Of a stretch of 64,000 nucleotides of DNA, positions 54,101 to 63,168 are shown in pieces. Source of the DNA: a virus (lineage: Duplodnaviria > Caudoviricetes); IMG/VR virus record IMGVR_UViG_3300028410_000746; one strand, given 5' to 3'. Below the pieces are notes generated by a model. That model was given only the letters and a program-made list of their open reading frames with translations. It was not told where the DNA came from and made no database searches. Every line of letters begins with the position of its first letter. Position 1 is the stretch's first letter. Position numbers and translations under genes: made by a program.

Positions 54101-55718
54101 GGAGGGTCACCGTGTCGTCCTGGAGACGCGAGTAGTAATAGGTGGCCCAGACGCTGTGGTTGGGAGGGATAGGATCTGCCACCGTGACACGACGCGTGGT
54201 CGGGTCAACGTTGACGACCGTGCGCTCGCCTTCCGCGATCGCCTCCGCGAGGGTCACGCCGTGGTACACCTGCACGAGGTCCGCGCGAGACGTCGGCTGA
54301 CCCGTACGGCCATTGGACGTCTGCGAGAACAGAGACACGCTCAAGGGAGTGCTGCGGCCGTTGCCCGTGGTAGGAACGCGGTCCAGGACCACGATCTTGT
54401 CCGACTGACGAGCCGGCGTTACGGCACGGTCCACGAAGCGGGTCGCCCCCTCCAGGTACACGCGGCTGTCTACCAGCGTCGCCGTGATCTGAGTGTCGTC
54501 GAAGGCCTCGGTACCCGTGGTGCGGACACCCGAGGTGACCGTCACAGCCGATCCCCAGAGGATACGGCCCGAGGTGTCGAGTACGTAGTCCACGCCCTGC
54601 ACGAAGTCACGGCGGCCGGGGCTGATGCCCACGCGCACGACGTTACGAACGTCCGTGTCGGGGAGGTAGTCGAACGTGTCCTGGAAGTTGTTGAAGAAGT
54701 ACGTCACGACGACTTCCGAGCCTACCGGAGGAGCCTCGGAGAGCGTCACCGCACCGTTGGCACCGTCGACAGACTGAACCGTCACCGCCACGTCATCCAC
54801 GGTCACCGTAACGTCCGTGGGGTTCGTCGAGGTGATCCCGCCATTGTCACCGGTGACGATCGGCGCCTGATACGTGAAGAACGTACGGTTGCGCGATGTG
54901 GACTGACCCGAGACAAAGCCCAGCGTCGAGTTGACCGTGCCCGCCCCGAGCACGAGCGACCCGTCCGCCGAGAGCTGAACACGAGCGTTGCCCTGGTTGT
55001 CGGAATCCACCGAGGCCGTGAGGCCTGTGATCAGCGCCGCGCTAATGTCGAGGACGATCTGAGCTGCCGTGCGAGCGAGCCCCGCAGTCAGCGTCACCGT
55101 CTGGGGGCCCGCACCGTCCACCGAAACGATGAACGTATCGTTGACGCCCGAGGAGATGTCGTAGGTCTGAGCCTGCGCGCCGAGGAGGACACCCGCGTCC
55201 GAAGACACCTGAGTGCTCAAGTCGTCCGAGGTCTGCGTGTCCGTACGGTTGAAGAAGTACGTCACGCGGACGTCTGCATCACTGGCCGGAGGAAGCTGAA
55301 GCGTCACGATGCCTCGCGCGCCGTCAACCGCCGCTGGGCTGACCAGCTCACCGTTGACCGTGACCGAGAGGTCCTGAGGATCGGAGGTGGTCTCACCACG
55401 TCCCGAACCCGTGACGATCGGGAAGTTCCTCACACGGATCAACGCCTCCACACCGGTCGAGTCTCCCAAAAGAGGCGCGTCCGGGTTGGAGTTGTCAACC
55501 ACGAAGCGGCCCGTTGCCGTCTCGTTGGTGATACGCTGGTCGGCGGCCGCCGAGGACCCTCGAATCAGCTCAAAGTCAGAGCGACTGAGCGTCTCCGCCC
55601 CCACACCAACCAGCAAAGGAATTCGGACGCCCACTGGGGGTCCCGAGGCATCCTGCTGGACCTGTGTGCTCGTGAATACGCCGGGTGGGGCATAGCTGTC
55701 AAATGGTCCACTGGCCAC
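51156..55718 (-). CDS. Tail sheath protein with many inserted beta-rich domains (1520 aa)
   Basis: N-terminal YAPPGVFT; C-terminal ENPLTLAAY, YLAAALAG, LTRRTIVGF, DGVTVLE, VAFYSPVFPLKYIQVSFT. Confidence 0.92.
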   Translation of the reverse strand: MASGPFDSYAPPGVFTSTQVQQDASGPPVGVRIPLLVGVGAETLSRSDFELIRGSSAAADQRITNETATGRFVVDNSNPDAPLLGDSTGVEALIRVRNFPIVTGSGRGETTSDPQDLSVTVNGELVSPAAVDGARGIVTLQLPPASDADVRVTYFFNRTDTQTSDDLSTQVSSDAGVLLGAQAQTYDISSGVNDTFIVSVDGAGPQTVTLTAGLARTAAQIVLDISAALITGLTASVDSDNQGNARVQLSADGSLVLGAGTVNSTLGFVSGQSTSRNRTFFTYQAPIVTGDNGGITSTNPTDVTVTVDDVAVTVQSVDGANGAVTLSEAPPVGSEVVVTYFFNNFQDTFDYLPDTDVRNVVRVGISPGRRDFVQGVDYVLDTSGRILWGSAVTVTSGVRTTGTEAFDDTQITATLVDSRVYLEGATRFVDRAVTPARQSDKIVVLDRVPTTGNGRSTPLSVSLFSQTSNGRTGQPTSRADLVQVYHGVTLAEAIAEGERTVVNVDPTTRRVTVADPIPPNHSVWATYYYSRLQDDTVTLQVNTQSTPSTAGQYTVRSSSLGSILRGVEFGTKSSAAFTANFPSGSETNPDAFLSGTSGVNETVTVLFTDSAAESAVLTNSSPELYDIYAAQSDTLYVNVSGDDLVVGLNAPAFAVMVSEALGDAATFEIVAATNDVFEYELDGVAYTATLPLGAAVTLAEVVDAIVRAAPTTATFTGSVAEPYNIVLATNDTFDLTVNGTVVSVTLTAGAAQTAADVVSDIGTALGLAGLTVGDVATVGNDVNVSDVGGAVVLEASGTLVIGAGDANATLGFVDASSADNVFVALGRDGGVDSDRILLRSRTTPAGPGDVSRVRILDGNANATLGFSDFSVVNGTEGAVNKSATLLGSSIAGNDIIQLAATAGATFIVSVDGVEYTATGFGGVASVADIATIIDTEIGAAGTVVDEGGALRLTSASEDNNSSILVGAGTANQFVGLSVGDAAAQRRVSAGDIVAVLNATAADWYVPAVGTEFIGTAFARVLDIQGEGSYIRLETFSTGATTSITIGDGATSVLNDTGIGWVSGDSASGVASGDTFTVSSNSATGSAGEGRAGQTYVDARTGLTFTLLSDLAGDYPVGESFTLVVSEVFETSASRVVKAAGGIELVVTSTQDVGVGDTATVTTFNSAGREPGNGDYYYITYTYGKTDYSTKLFSSFAEIQAEYGDLSSENPLTLAAYFAILNGAVLVGTKQVLRAPGLGQASSSSYLDALLELRQPLAGGATPDILVPLTTDPTVMGAYTEDAEVQSGIRFKQERRCVFGVASGTRPEDARAIARGLNSARAILLYPDSAIVGLPDREGGTNQTIVDGTYLAAALAGVLVNPQFDVAQPLTRRTIVGFTRLNRSLDPIAKDALAVDGVTVLEDAGTSLQVRDGFTTNPASVFTRIPSIVAIQDFVQQQTRATLDRFIGTKFLIQRPQDVEAALSGLLNALVDQNIIVAFTGVSAIPDADDPTSLRVVAFYSPVFPLKYIQVSFTITAQGLI

Positions 55719-55783
55719 GACGTCCTCTCATGATTGGGGGCGGTGTGTGAGATGTACTGTCACCGCAGTTAGATATTGATAGA

Positions 55784-56245
55784 TTATGATGGCTTGATGG
55801 GCTCCACTTGCGGGATACCCTTCGCCTCACGGTCCTGGCGATGCTCCGAGAGCACCTTACTGTAGGTTCGATGATACCGCTGGAATCTAGTGACTTCATC
55901 GGGCTTCATGGGGACGTAATCCCCGCCCTCTACCTTGAGAGGAACCTGTCCCTCTCCTCCCGCGTCTCGCTGGACTTGACGCTTGCGCGAGAACCTATCT
56001 TTGTAGGTCTCCCACGCATCCTTGGAGTCTCGACCTACCCTGAGGTCAATGTCCGTGTCCAGGCTATGAACTCCCGTGTTACCATGCACTTTGCCGTCGC
56101 CAAACGAGAACCCAAAGCCCGTGATCTTGCGAGTTGCCCCCTCCCCGCAAGCAGGACAGGGGTGAGACGCGGGCGCGCCCTCCACACCTCGAATGAGCTT
56201 CTCGAAGAGCGTTCCACAGGTACACTGGAATTCGTACATCGGCAT
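55784..56245 (-). CDS. FmdB-type zinc-ribbon protein
   Basis: MPMYEFQCTCGTLFEKL...CPACG. Confidence 0.85.
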   Translation of the reverse strand: MPMYEFQCTCGTLFEKLIRGVEGAPASHPCPACGEGATRKITGFGFSFGDGKVHGNTGVHSLDTDIDLRVGRDSKDAWETYKDRFSRKRQVQRDAGGEGQVPLKVEGGDYVPMKPDEVTRFQRYHRTYSKVLSEHRQDREAKGIPQVEPIKPS

Positions 56246-56320
56246 CGGATAGACCTCTAAACGCGGGGAACGCAGGCGTGAATTACTCACGCCCCTACTA
56301 GAGTACGAGACACAAACGAA

Positions 56321-58102
56321 TCACCGGACGCGTTCGATGTCTCCACCCGCGATAAGGACCGCACCTTGCAGATCCTCCAGGGTCACCACGTTGAAGCCGT
56401 CTGGGCGTCCCGAGAGCTGACCCGACGCCACCTGAGCATCCTGCTCAAAGGTGAACGGCGTCACGCGACGCAGGATCAGAGGACGCTCAATGTGAATCTC
56501 CCAGTCCGCCTTGAGCTGGATGGAGATGTTGGCCAGATAGTAATAATCGTCTCCGACCTCATCGTAGGGCTCCTCAGACTCACCACCCATGCTGACCGAC
56601 TCAAGAGCCATGCCCTCCTCCGCCAGACGCTCACGACGACGCTGGAAGAGGTACAGGACCACGAGGTCCGCCACCTCACTACGAGACATGGCATCACGAG
56701 CGATGATGTCGAAGTCGAGTGACACGTCTGCCTTGCCTCCGTAGACGTCTGCCACGTCCTCTCGCGTTGCCGTAACCACGACCGCGCCCACGTCCCCATC
56801 CTTGAGAGACGACCCGAACGCCAGGACCGCTCCTGGAATGGCGTCCACGTTGGAGAAGTCCCCATCACCAATGAAGAAGGGGCCCCGAGTCGCCTCCGGG
56901 TACAGGTAGTCCGCCGAGATGCGCACGCCCTGATCAAAAGGATGTAGGAACGTCACCTCACCCGTAGCCGCATCCAACGAGTAGTCGCCCGCGTCCTCGG
57001 TCCCAACCACCAAGCTCGTAGCAGATACCCCCAGGTTCAACTCCGCGACGATATCCGCGACCGGACGTTGAGGTGCTGCCGTCAAGGAGACCTCAACCTC
57101 CACGCCATCTACCACAACACGAAAGGTCGAGCCGGCTCTTACGGTAGGCTGTGCCAGGAGCCCCGTGACGCTGACGGGAACGAACCCCTGCGCGAAACCA
57201 AACACGGCGTTGGCCGGGCTCACGAGATCCGACACGAACTCTACCGAGGTCGCACCTGTGATCTGCAAGGCTCCGCCCACATCCTCCAAAGGCGCCTCCG
57301 TGCGTCCGATGCCTGCCACATCGAAGGCGGTCCTCAGCTCCGCGATCACCTGAGCCACCGTGAGCGTGCCCGCGCTGAATACCAGGGACGCAGACTTGCC
57401 ATTGACCTCCAGGGAGAACGAATCGTCCACGCCGGAGGTGAACGTGTAGTCTCCCGTGAGGGGGGCAGGAGCCACCGCAGGTACGTAACCCAGGGGAACT
57501 CCAAGCCTGAGATGAGAAGACGAGCCCCCCACGAACAGGGACTGATCCGCCGAGAGCGTGAGGGCAGACCCCGAGAGGAGGCCATGGCCTGACTGCATAT
57601 AGAGACGCAGGGAGCCTCCAAGCAGCGGCGTCGTCAGGAGGAGCGCCGACGTCTCCAGACCCGTCACAAACTCAATGAGAGGCTCAGCCGTGACCCTCAA
57701 GAGGGGGTCCACGTAGAACTGGAACTCCTCACAGCTATTCGCTGGGTTGACCCCCAGGGATTCGAGCTGGAGGTAGTAGACCCCTGGAGAGGTTGGGAAC
57801 CCCTGCACCGTCTCAAGGAGCCGGTCGTTCTCTCGAATCCACTCGATGAAGCTGCCTTCGTGATCGTCCACGTGCGCATACATGATGTGCGAATTGAGGG
57901 TCCCCAGAAAGTTATCCGCGCTCAAGGACAGAGGCGTCAAGGAGGCGCCCTGGATCACGATGCCCTGCTGAGGCCGCTCCTTGAAGTCGTACTTGTCACG
58001 GATGAAGTCCGCGATGTGCTCGTACTGCGCGTTGCTTTGAAAGCAGTATTGCAGCGCAGTCTTGATCCGCTTCTTGACCACTCGCGTGAACTGGTGGAAC
58101 AT
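56321..58102 (-). CDS. Probable tail terminator/neck structural protein with inserted domains
   Basis: Adjacent to sheath; shares its beta modules; C-terminal LDFDIIARD...YYYLANISIQL. Confidence 0.55.
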   Translation of the reverse strand: MFHQFTRVVKKRIKTALQYCFQSNAQYEHIADFIRDKYDFKERPQQGIVIQGASLTPLSLSADNFLGTLNSHIMYAHVDDHEGSFIEWIRENDRLLETVQGFPTSPGVYYLQLESLGVNPANSCEEFQFYVDPLLRVTAEPLIEFVTGLETSALLLTTPLLGGSLRLYMQSGHGLLSGSALTLSADQSLFVGGSSSHLRLGVPLGYVPAVAPAPLTGDYTFTSGVDDSFSLEVNGKSASLVFSAGTLTVAQVIAELRTAFDVAGIGRTEAPLEDVGGALQITGATSVEFVSDLVSPANAVFGFAQGFVPVSVTGLLAQPTVRAGSTFRVVVDGVEVEVSLTAAPQRPVADIVAELNLGVSATSLVVGTEDAGDYSLDAATGEVTFLHPFDQGVRISADYLYPEATRGPFFIGDGDFSNVDAIPGAVLAFGSSLKDGDVGAVVVTATREDVADVYGGKADVSLDFDIIARDAMSRSEVADLVVLYLFQRRRERLAEEGMALESVSMGGESEEPYDEVGDDYYYLANISIQLKADWEIHIERPLILRRVTPFTFEQDAQVASGQLSGRPDGFNVVTLEDLQGAVLIAGGDIERVR

Positions 58103-58105
58103 GGA

Positions 58106-59584
58106 TCACCCGAAGGTAGTGAAGTTGAAGACGCGCGAGGTATCCTCGTCGTCGTAGCGAACCGTGAGCGTGTACGAGGGATACTCGTTGATGCCCATAC
58201 GCATGGTGTGCTCCCGACCCTTACGATCATCGAACGTAAAGCTCCGGCGAGAGCCTCGATCATAGAAGCTGCGGAAGTTGAGCACGCGGTCCACGTCCTT
58301 CTTGTAGAAGACACCTTCGCCGTAGGCCTCGTTGACCCAGTTGTAGAGGGCCTCGTCGGTCATATCTCCCGAGAGCAGCTTGGTATAGGCGTCGGGCGTC
58401 TTCTGGGCCCACACGACATCCAGCTCGCCAGGGTTGCGCTGAATCTCAACCTCACCGTCCTCAAAAGACGTAACCATGTAGTCCTTCATCGGATCGTTGA
58501 GCACAAGCTCCAAGACCGCCTCGGTGATGTCGGACGTAATCACATCACGGTTCGTGCTTACGACATGCTGAAGAGAGTCCAGCTCCACGCTCTTGGGACG
58601 GCTGAACCAGCCGAAAGAGGGATCACGACGACTCGGGCGGAAGGTCGCCCCGAAGCTGATACGCTGTCCCACGAGGTCCTGTCCGTAGCCGTCGCCTCGA
58701 CGTAGAATCTTGGCAGGCGCCGTACCCTCCACCTCAAAGGGGTTCCCCTCCAGGTCGCGGGCGCGCACGCGCATCTTGGTAGATGGACCATAATCGCCGC
58801 CGTAGTCCTCTCGCACCGACAGGATCTCTCCGCCCTTGATCACACCAGCTCCGTCCGGGACGAACCCCTTGGCATTGGTGGCCCCCTCGACCTCGAAGAA
58901 GCCGAACTCCGCATCACGCTTGCTGCGGATCACCTTCCCCTTGAACTTGACCTTGGTACCCCTGGCGGGGTCGTTGGTGTAGAGGTCCGCGAGGCTTGCG
59001 TCGATGTTGCCAAAGAGCTTGAACATCTGACCCTCCTTAACCACGCTCAAGAGCATGGCGGGGCCCTTCTGGTTGGTCTTGGTCGAAATGACCGTACCCA
59101 CCACCTCGTACACCCCCTCAACCACCTCACCCATTACGGGCGCGTCATCCGAAGCGATGTCAGGTGCGTTGAGGTCGGTCCGCTCGAACTTGAGCTTCCG
59201 AGGATTGGGGAGCTGGCCATCCGTGCGAAGCTTCGAGCTGGTCCAAGCCACCACGCCGGCCCGGTCGAGCAAGAAGTAGTAAACCTTCCCGTAGCGCTGC
59301 TGGACGATGGCGATGGCGCGCATGGACTTGCGGTTGTACCCCTTGATCTTGCGGGCCCAGTTCTCGGACTCCGTGGGGTACTGATTCTCCTTGAGCGCAT
59401 AATCCAACGCGGTCCGACCCTGAGCCGGGGAGTCGTAGAGACCCTCCCGATACTTGGCCGCCGTGAACATGGCCCGCATGAAATCAAACGCGATCTTGCT
59501 ACGCGTCGCCTGGACCGCCTTCAAGGTTGAGGAGAAGGCCGGGACGGCAGCGAGTCGGGTCAGAAGCATAGACAGAGAATTCAT
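58106..59584 (-). CDS. Hypothetical protein (possible virion protein with OB-like repeats)
   Basis: 492-aa ORF in the structural block; two similar V.GEILS/V.GTVIS beta segments. Confidence 0.75.
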   Translation of the reverse strand: MNSLSMLLTRLAAVPAFSSTLKAVQATRSKIAFDFMRAMFTAAKYREGLYDSPAQGRTALDYALKENQYPTESENWARKIKGYNRKSMRAIAIVQQRYGKVYYFLLDRAGVVAWTSSKLRTDGQLPNPRKLKFERTDLNAPDIASDDAPVMGEVVEGVYEVVGTVISTKTNQKGPAMLLSVVKEGQMFKLFGNIDASLADLYTNDPARGTKVKFKGKVIRSKRDAEFGFFEVEGATNAKGFVPDGAGVIKGGEILSVREDYGGDYGPSTKMRVRARDLEGNPFEVEGTAPAKILRRGDGYGQDLVGQRISFGATFRPSRRDPSFGWFSRPKSVELDSLQHVVSTNRDVITSDITEAVLELVLNDPMKDYMVTSFEDGEVEIQRNPGELDVVWAQKTPDAYTKLLSGDMTDEALYNWVNEAYGEGVFYKKDVDRVLNFRSFYDRGSRRSFTFDDRKGREHTMRMGINEYPSYTLTVRYDDEDTSRVFNFTTFG

Positions 59585-59605
59585 GGGGCAGCTCGTGTGT
59601 GGGTG

Positions 59606-60871
59606 TTAGGAATCTTGCCTCGCCTGCACGAGCAGTCCCTCGGCCACAGCCGTCATGGGGTTGCTCGCGCGACGAACCTCGCTGATCTCCAGCGGGAAAC
59701 GCTTGCGGTGCTTCTTGTCAAAGACAGACTCGAAGACCTCGATGAAGCCGTCGGGGAGGCTCGTACCTCCAGAGACGACGATCGGGATGGCCGTCAGCTC
59801 CGTGTCGGACTGCTCGGCCTTGAACTGCTTGGCGATGTGCTTGAGCGCGTAGTTAATCAGGGACTTGTAGTACACGACCAAAGCCTCCTGCTCGCGGCCC
59901 ACAGGGGCAGCCAAGTTGATGCCCTTCTCCTTGATCGTACACATGCGCGAGGCCGTCGTGCCGAGAGCCTGCGCCGACTGTGCGTCAATCCAGTCGCCGC
60001 CGCGCGCGAGCGAGAACTCCATGATCGGAAGGGTCTGGTAGGACAGGGCGATGTTGACCATGCCCGAGCCGAAGCTGATGCCGATACCCGAGAAGGTCTC
60101 CTTGGCACACTCAGCGTAGATGATGGCCATCGCCTCGTTGCCCGAGATCGCCGTGTACCCCAGCTCCTCCAGGATGCGCTCGAAAGCCGCCTCGTGGTAA
60201 ACCACGTCCCTCTCCGGAGCATCCACCGGGGACGCCGGGATCGAGTAGTAGCACACCTCGTCCTCGACCTGCGGCTTGCCCAGTACGCCCTCGATCATGA
60301 TGGAGAGCACCTCCAACGCATCATGCTCCGACGCCGAGATGAGGCCTTGCGCCAGCGGACGGCGCGCCTCACGCTTGAAGAGGTTGGCGAGCTGAAGCGC
60401 GTCATCACCCAGGATCAGGATGTGGTCCTCGTACTCCACGAAGGTCGTGCCTCCGAGCTGGAGCTTGGCCTTGGCGTCCAGGTCCAGGTCCAGGAACGCA
60501 TCGCGCGTTCGGCTGGTGACCACGCCCTCTTCGGACTGCACCGCGCTCACGATGTTCATGGTCCCGATGTCCAGACCCTTGCCAAAGAAGATCTTGGCAG
60601 AGGTGGGCGCAGAGGTGGGCGGGATGAGCGTGGTCTTTCTGTCTTCGGTCATGTCTGTACTCCCAAGTTTCTCGGGGGCCGGAGTGTCATCACCCGGCTC
60701 CGCTGTATGGTAGACCTGAGGCTCGGTCAAAAGCTCAAGGTCCCACTCACCCATGCGACGTCGCACAGTTGAGGAGCTGCACCCTAGCACAGCTTGGATC
60801 TCTCGTACAGTCATTCCTTGTTTGACGAGACGCGTCAAGCGTTGTTTGGTGATGTCCAGCTTTTTAGCCAT
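59606..60871 (-). CDS. Actin-like ATPase (MreB/MamK-like fold) with N-terminal HTH
   Basis: GLDIGTMNIV, NEAMAIIY, ISFGSGMVNI, VSGGTS, PMTAVAEG; N-terminal TVREIQAVLGCSSSTVRRR. Confidence 0.85.
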   Translation of the reverse strand: MAKKLDITKQRLTRLVKQGMTVREIQAVLGCSSSTVRRRMGEWDLELLTEPQVYHTAEPGDDTPAPEKLGSTDMTEDRKTTLIPPTSAPTSAKIFFGKGLDIGTMNIVSAVQSEEGVVTSRTRDAFLDLDLDAKAKLQLGGTTFVEYEDHILILGDDALQLANLFKREARRPLAQGLISASEHDALEVLSIMIEGVLGKPQVEDEVCYYSIPASPVDAPERDVVYHEAAFERILEELGYTAISGNEAMAIIYAECAKETFSGIGISFGSGMVNIALSYQTLPIMEFSLARGGDWIDAQSAQALGTTASRMCTIKEKGINLAAPVGREQEALVVYYKSLINYALKHIAKQFKAEQSDTELTAIPIVVSGGTSLPDGFIEVFESVFDKKHRKRFPLEISEVRRASNPMTAVAEGLLVQARQDS

Positions 60872-60940
60872 GTCTGCGTCTCGAAGCTCGGTCTGAGTCT
60901 ACCGACCTCAAGGCATTAAAAGATCACCACGGGGGCGCGC

Positions 60941-61651
60941 TCAATCCTTCCGAGCTTTACGCAGCGCCGCAAGTGCGGCTGCCGCGTCTGCTACCCCCGA
61001 CGACGACCCCTCCTCCTGCTTGCTGTTCACGGTCCCGGAGAGCTTGGAGCCCGAAGACCGAATCTTGGACGGCAGGTAAATCGGTACCTCATCGTCGTCG
61101 TCGTCGTCGTCTTCGTAATCGTCTTTCGCCTTGGTGCGCTTCGGATCAACCACGTGACCGCTCGCCACCGGATTGACCGAGATGCCCTTCTCAAGAAGCT
61201 CCTTGAGTTGAGCCAGCATCTCCCCCTGAGAGACCAGAAGCTCTCGGGTCATCTGCTGGAGGTCGTCATTGCGTGTCTGGAGGTCCTCCTGGCGATTCTG
61301 AGCGCCTTGAGGTCCCTCACCCGACTCCGTAGTCGCGTGGGGAGTTGTAGCGGCGCTAACGGGAGAGGAAGAGACAGGACGCGCGGGCGGGCTCGCGGGC
61401 GGGCTCGCGCGCCTGTACGTACGCGTGGGCTTGGGCGCGACACGAGAAGACGCCCTCGGCTGGTGCTCAAGCGCGGTCTGAACGCGAACGCGCGTCACGT
61501 GACCCTGACGGTACGCGTCCTGGAGGTCGAGGCTTCTATGAGCCAGGACGCTACTCAACGGAATCTCCGTGTCGTACGGGACGGTAACGCCGAGGTCCTT
61601 GATCGTGTGACCCCCCACGACCTCTCCACGGATGATGATCTGCTGTAGCAT
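60941..61651 (-). CDS. Hypothetical protein
   Basis: Low-complexity middle, coiled coil. Confidence 0.8.
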   Translation of the reverse strand: MLQQIIIRGEVVGGHTIKDLGVTVPYDTEIPLSSVLAHRSLDLQDAYRQGHVTRVRVQTALEHQPRASSRVAPKPTRTYRRASPPASPPARPVSSSPVSAATTPHATTESGEGPQGAQNRQEDLQTRNDDLQQMTRELLVSQGEMLAQLKELLEKGISVNPVASGHVVDPKRTKAKDDYEDDDDDDDEVPIYLPSKIRSSGSKLSGTVNSKQEEGSSSGVADAAAALAALRKARKD

Positions 61652-61661
61652 GTGAGCCTCC

Positions 61662-62162
61662 TCAACGGTTGTACTTCTTACCTACCACGCCAAACCGAGA
61701 CGCCACACGTTGGCGAGTCATCTCCAGAGCTTGGGCCGATATGATCTTGAGCGCACGCTGAGCGCCGCGCTCAATGAAATTCTTACCTTCAAAGCCCGGA
61801 TGTTTCCAGGCTCCTGACCTCATAGAGGCCTGTGTCGCAGTTCGGAACACCACCTGTCCGTTGTCCGTGACGATCGGGATCGGCCGGCGCGCCTTGGTCA
61901 AGTGTGTCATCTGGTACGCCTTGACCCCGTTGTTCAGGTAACTCGCAGCGGGGTGTGAGGAACGGATGATGATCTGACCACCACGGACCTCCGACTCGAA
62001 CGACGACAAGAGGTCGCTTGGTACCGACTTGAAGGCGGTACGGCGGATCTCAGCCTTGACCTCCCGGAGGGCCGTGTCGGCGGCCTTCTCCAAGAAGCTC
62101 TTCGAGAGGGACGATGTATCGCGCAGTGGGGCCTCGGGCCTGGAGCGTTCGTTGTCGGGCAC
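61662..62162 (-). CDS. Possible tail-completion/neck protein (HK97 gp10-like)
   Basis: WKHPGFEGKNFIERG pattern; structural context. Confidence 0.45.
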   Translation of the reverse strand: MPDNERSRPEAPLRDTSSLSKSFLEKAADTALREVKAEIRRTAFKSVPSDLLSSFESEVRGGQIIIRSSHPAASYLNNGVKAYQMTHLTKARRPIPIVTDNGQVVFRTATQASMRSGAWKHPGFEGKNFIERGAQRALKIISAQALEMTRQRVASRFGVVGKKYNR

Positions 62163-62243
62163 GGGGAGCCTCCTTGACCGTGCCCACTACCCGTGAGTAC
62201 GCGGCCTGTATGCTTAGTAGGTGTCGGTACTCAGGAGACTCCA

Positions 62244-62840
62244 TCATCCCAGCTCCGGATACGGGCTCAGGCCCAGCCCTTCACGATGCGCTTGCACCGC
62301 ACGCAGCAACATCTTGGCGTTGGCTTTTCCCAGGGACACCTTGACCTCCTGAGTGCCTTCGCACGTCCCATCCGAGATGAAGTTCACCACAGGCACACCC
62401 CAGTCTCGAACCTTGTTGTAAGCACGCTCCGCATGCGACTCCAAAGTCTCCAGGATGATCACGTCATAATGGCGACCACGCAGACGCTCATCCCAGCTTC
62501 GATGCAGTACCGAGGAGAACGTTAGATTCTGCGTCTCGCTCCCCATGTACGTCGGGATGGCATAGATCGGCGTAGGAGCCACGTAAGCTACCCGAAAGCC
62601 CTCTTGAGACAGTTGCCGAGACGCGTAGCTGTAGCCCGCCCTTCGACCCAACGACACATGCAAGCGTCGTCCTCGGCCGCGCACGTACTCTACGTGGTCT
62701 GAGAAGACCGTCTCGCCCCGCGCGAAGGCTTCCAGGAGCAGCACGAGTCGATCGCCCTGGTTCGGGGTATTAAGCCGAAAACGCAACGTCGGCTCGTGGA
62801 TACCCTCCAACTCACCTATGACCCAACGCGGAATAAGCAC
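62244..62840 (-). CDS. Hypothetical protein
   Basis: GTG start with GAGGTAGG RBS. Confidence 0.65.
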   Translation of the reverse strand: MLIPRWVIGELEGIHEPTLRFRLNTPNQGDRLVLLLEAFARGETVFSDHVEYVRGRGRRLHVSLGRRAGYSYASRQLSQEGFRVAYVAPTPIYAIPTYMGSETQNLTFSSVLHRSWDERLRGRHYDVIILETLESHAERAYNKVRDWGVPVVNFISDGTCEGTQEVKVSLGKANAKMLLRAVQAHREGLGLSPYPELG

Positions 62841-62848
62841 TACCTACC

Positions 62849-63145
62849 TCACTTATCGTCGACCAGATCCATGGATTTGGCCACGTCAATGACAATCCTG
62901 TTCAGAGCAGGGTACATCTTGTCGTCTTCCAAGTCGATCTTGCCGCCCAGCTCTTCTTTGAGTTCGGAGCGAACGCGCACGAAGAACAGCTCGGGCGCGT
63001 CATCTACGCCGAGCTGCTGAGTCGTCATCTCTCCAATCATCTTGTCGATGGACTCTTTGGGATCGAACGCGTCGTCGTCCGCAGCGTCGAGGAGGTTGGT
63101 GTATGCAGCCGCCACGCGGCGGGCCAGTCGGATTTGCTTCTTCAT
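62849..63145 (-). CDS. Small acidic hypothetical protein
   Basis: N-terminal QIRLARRVAAAY. Confidence 0.8.
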   Translation of the reverse strand: MKKQIRLARRVAAAYTNLLDAADDDAFDPKESIDKMIGEMTTQQLGVDDAPELFFVRVRSELKEELGGKIDLEDDKMYPALNRIVIDVAKSMDLVDDK

Positions 63146-63168
63146 CAGTCTCTCAAGGTTGAGGTCAG

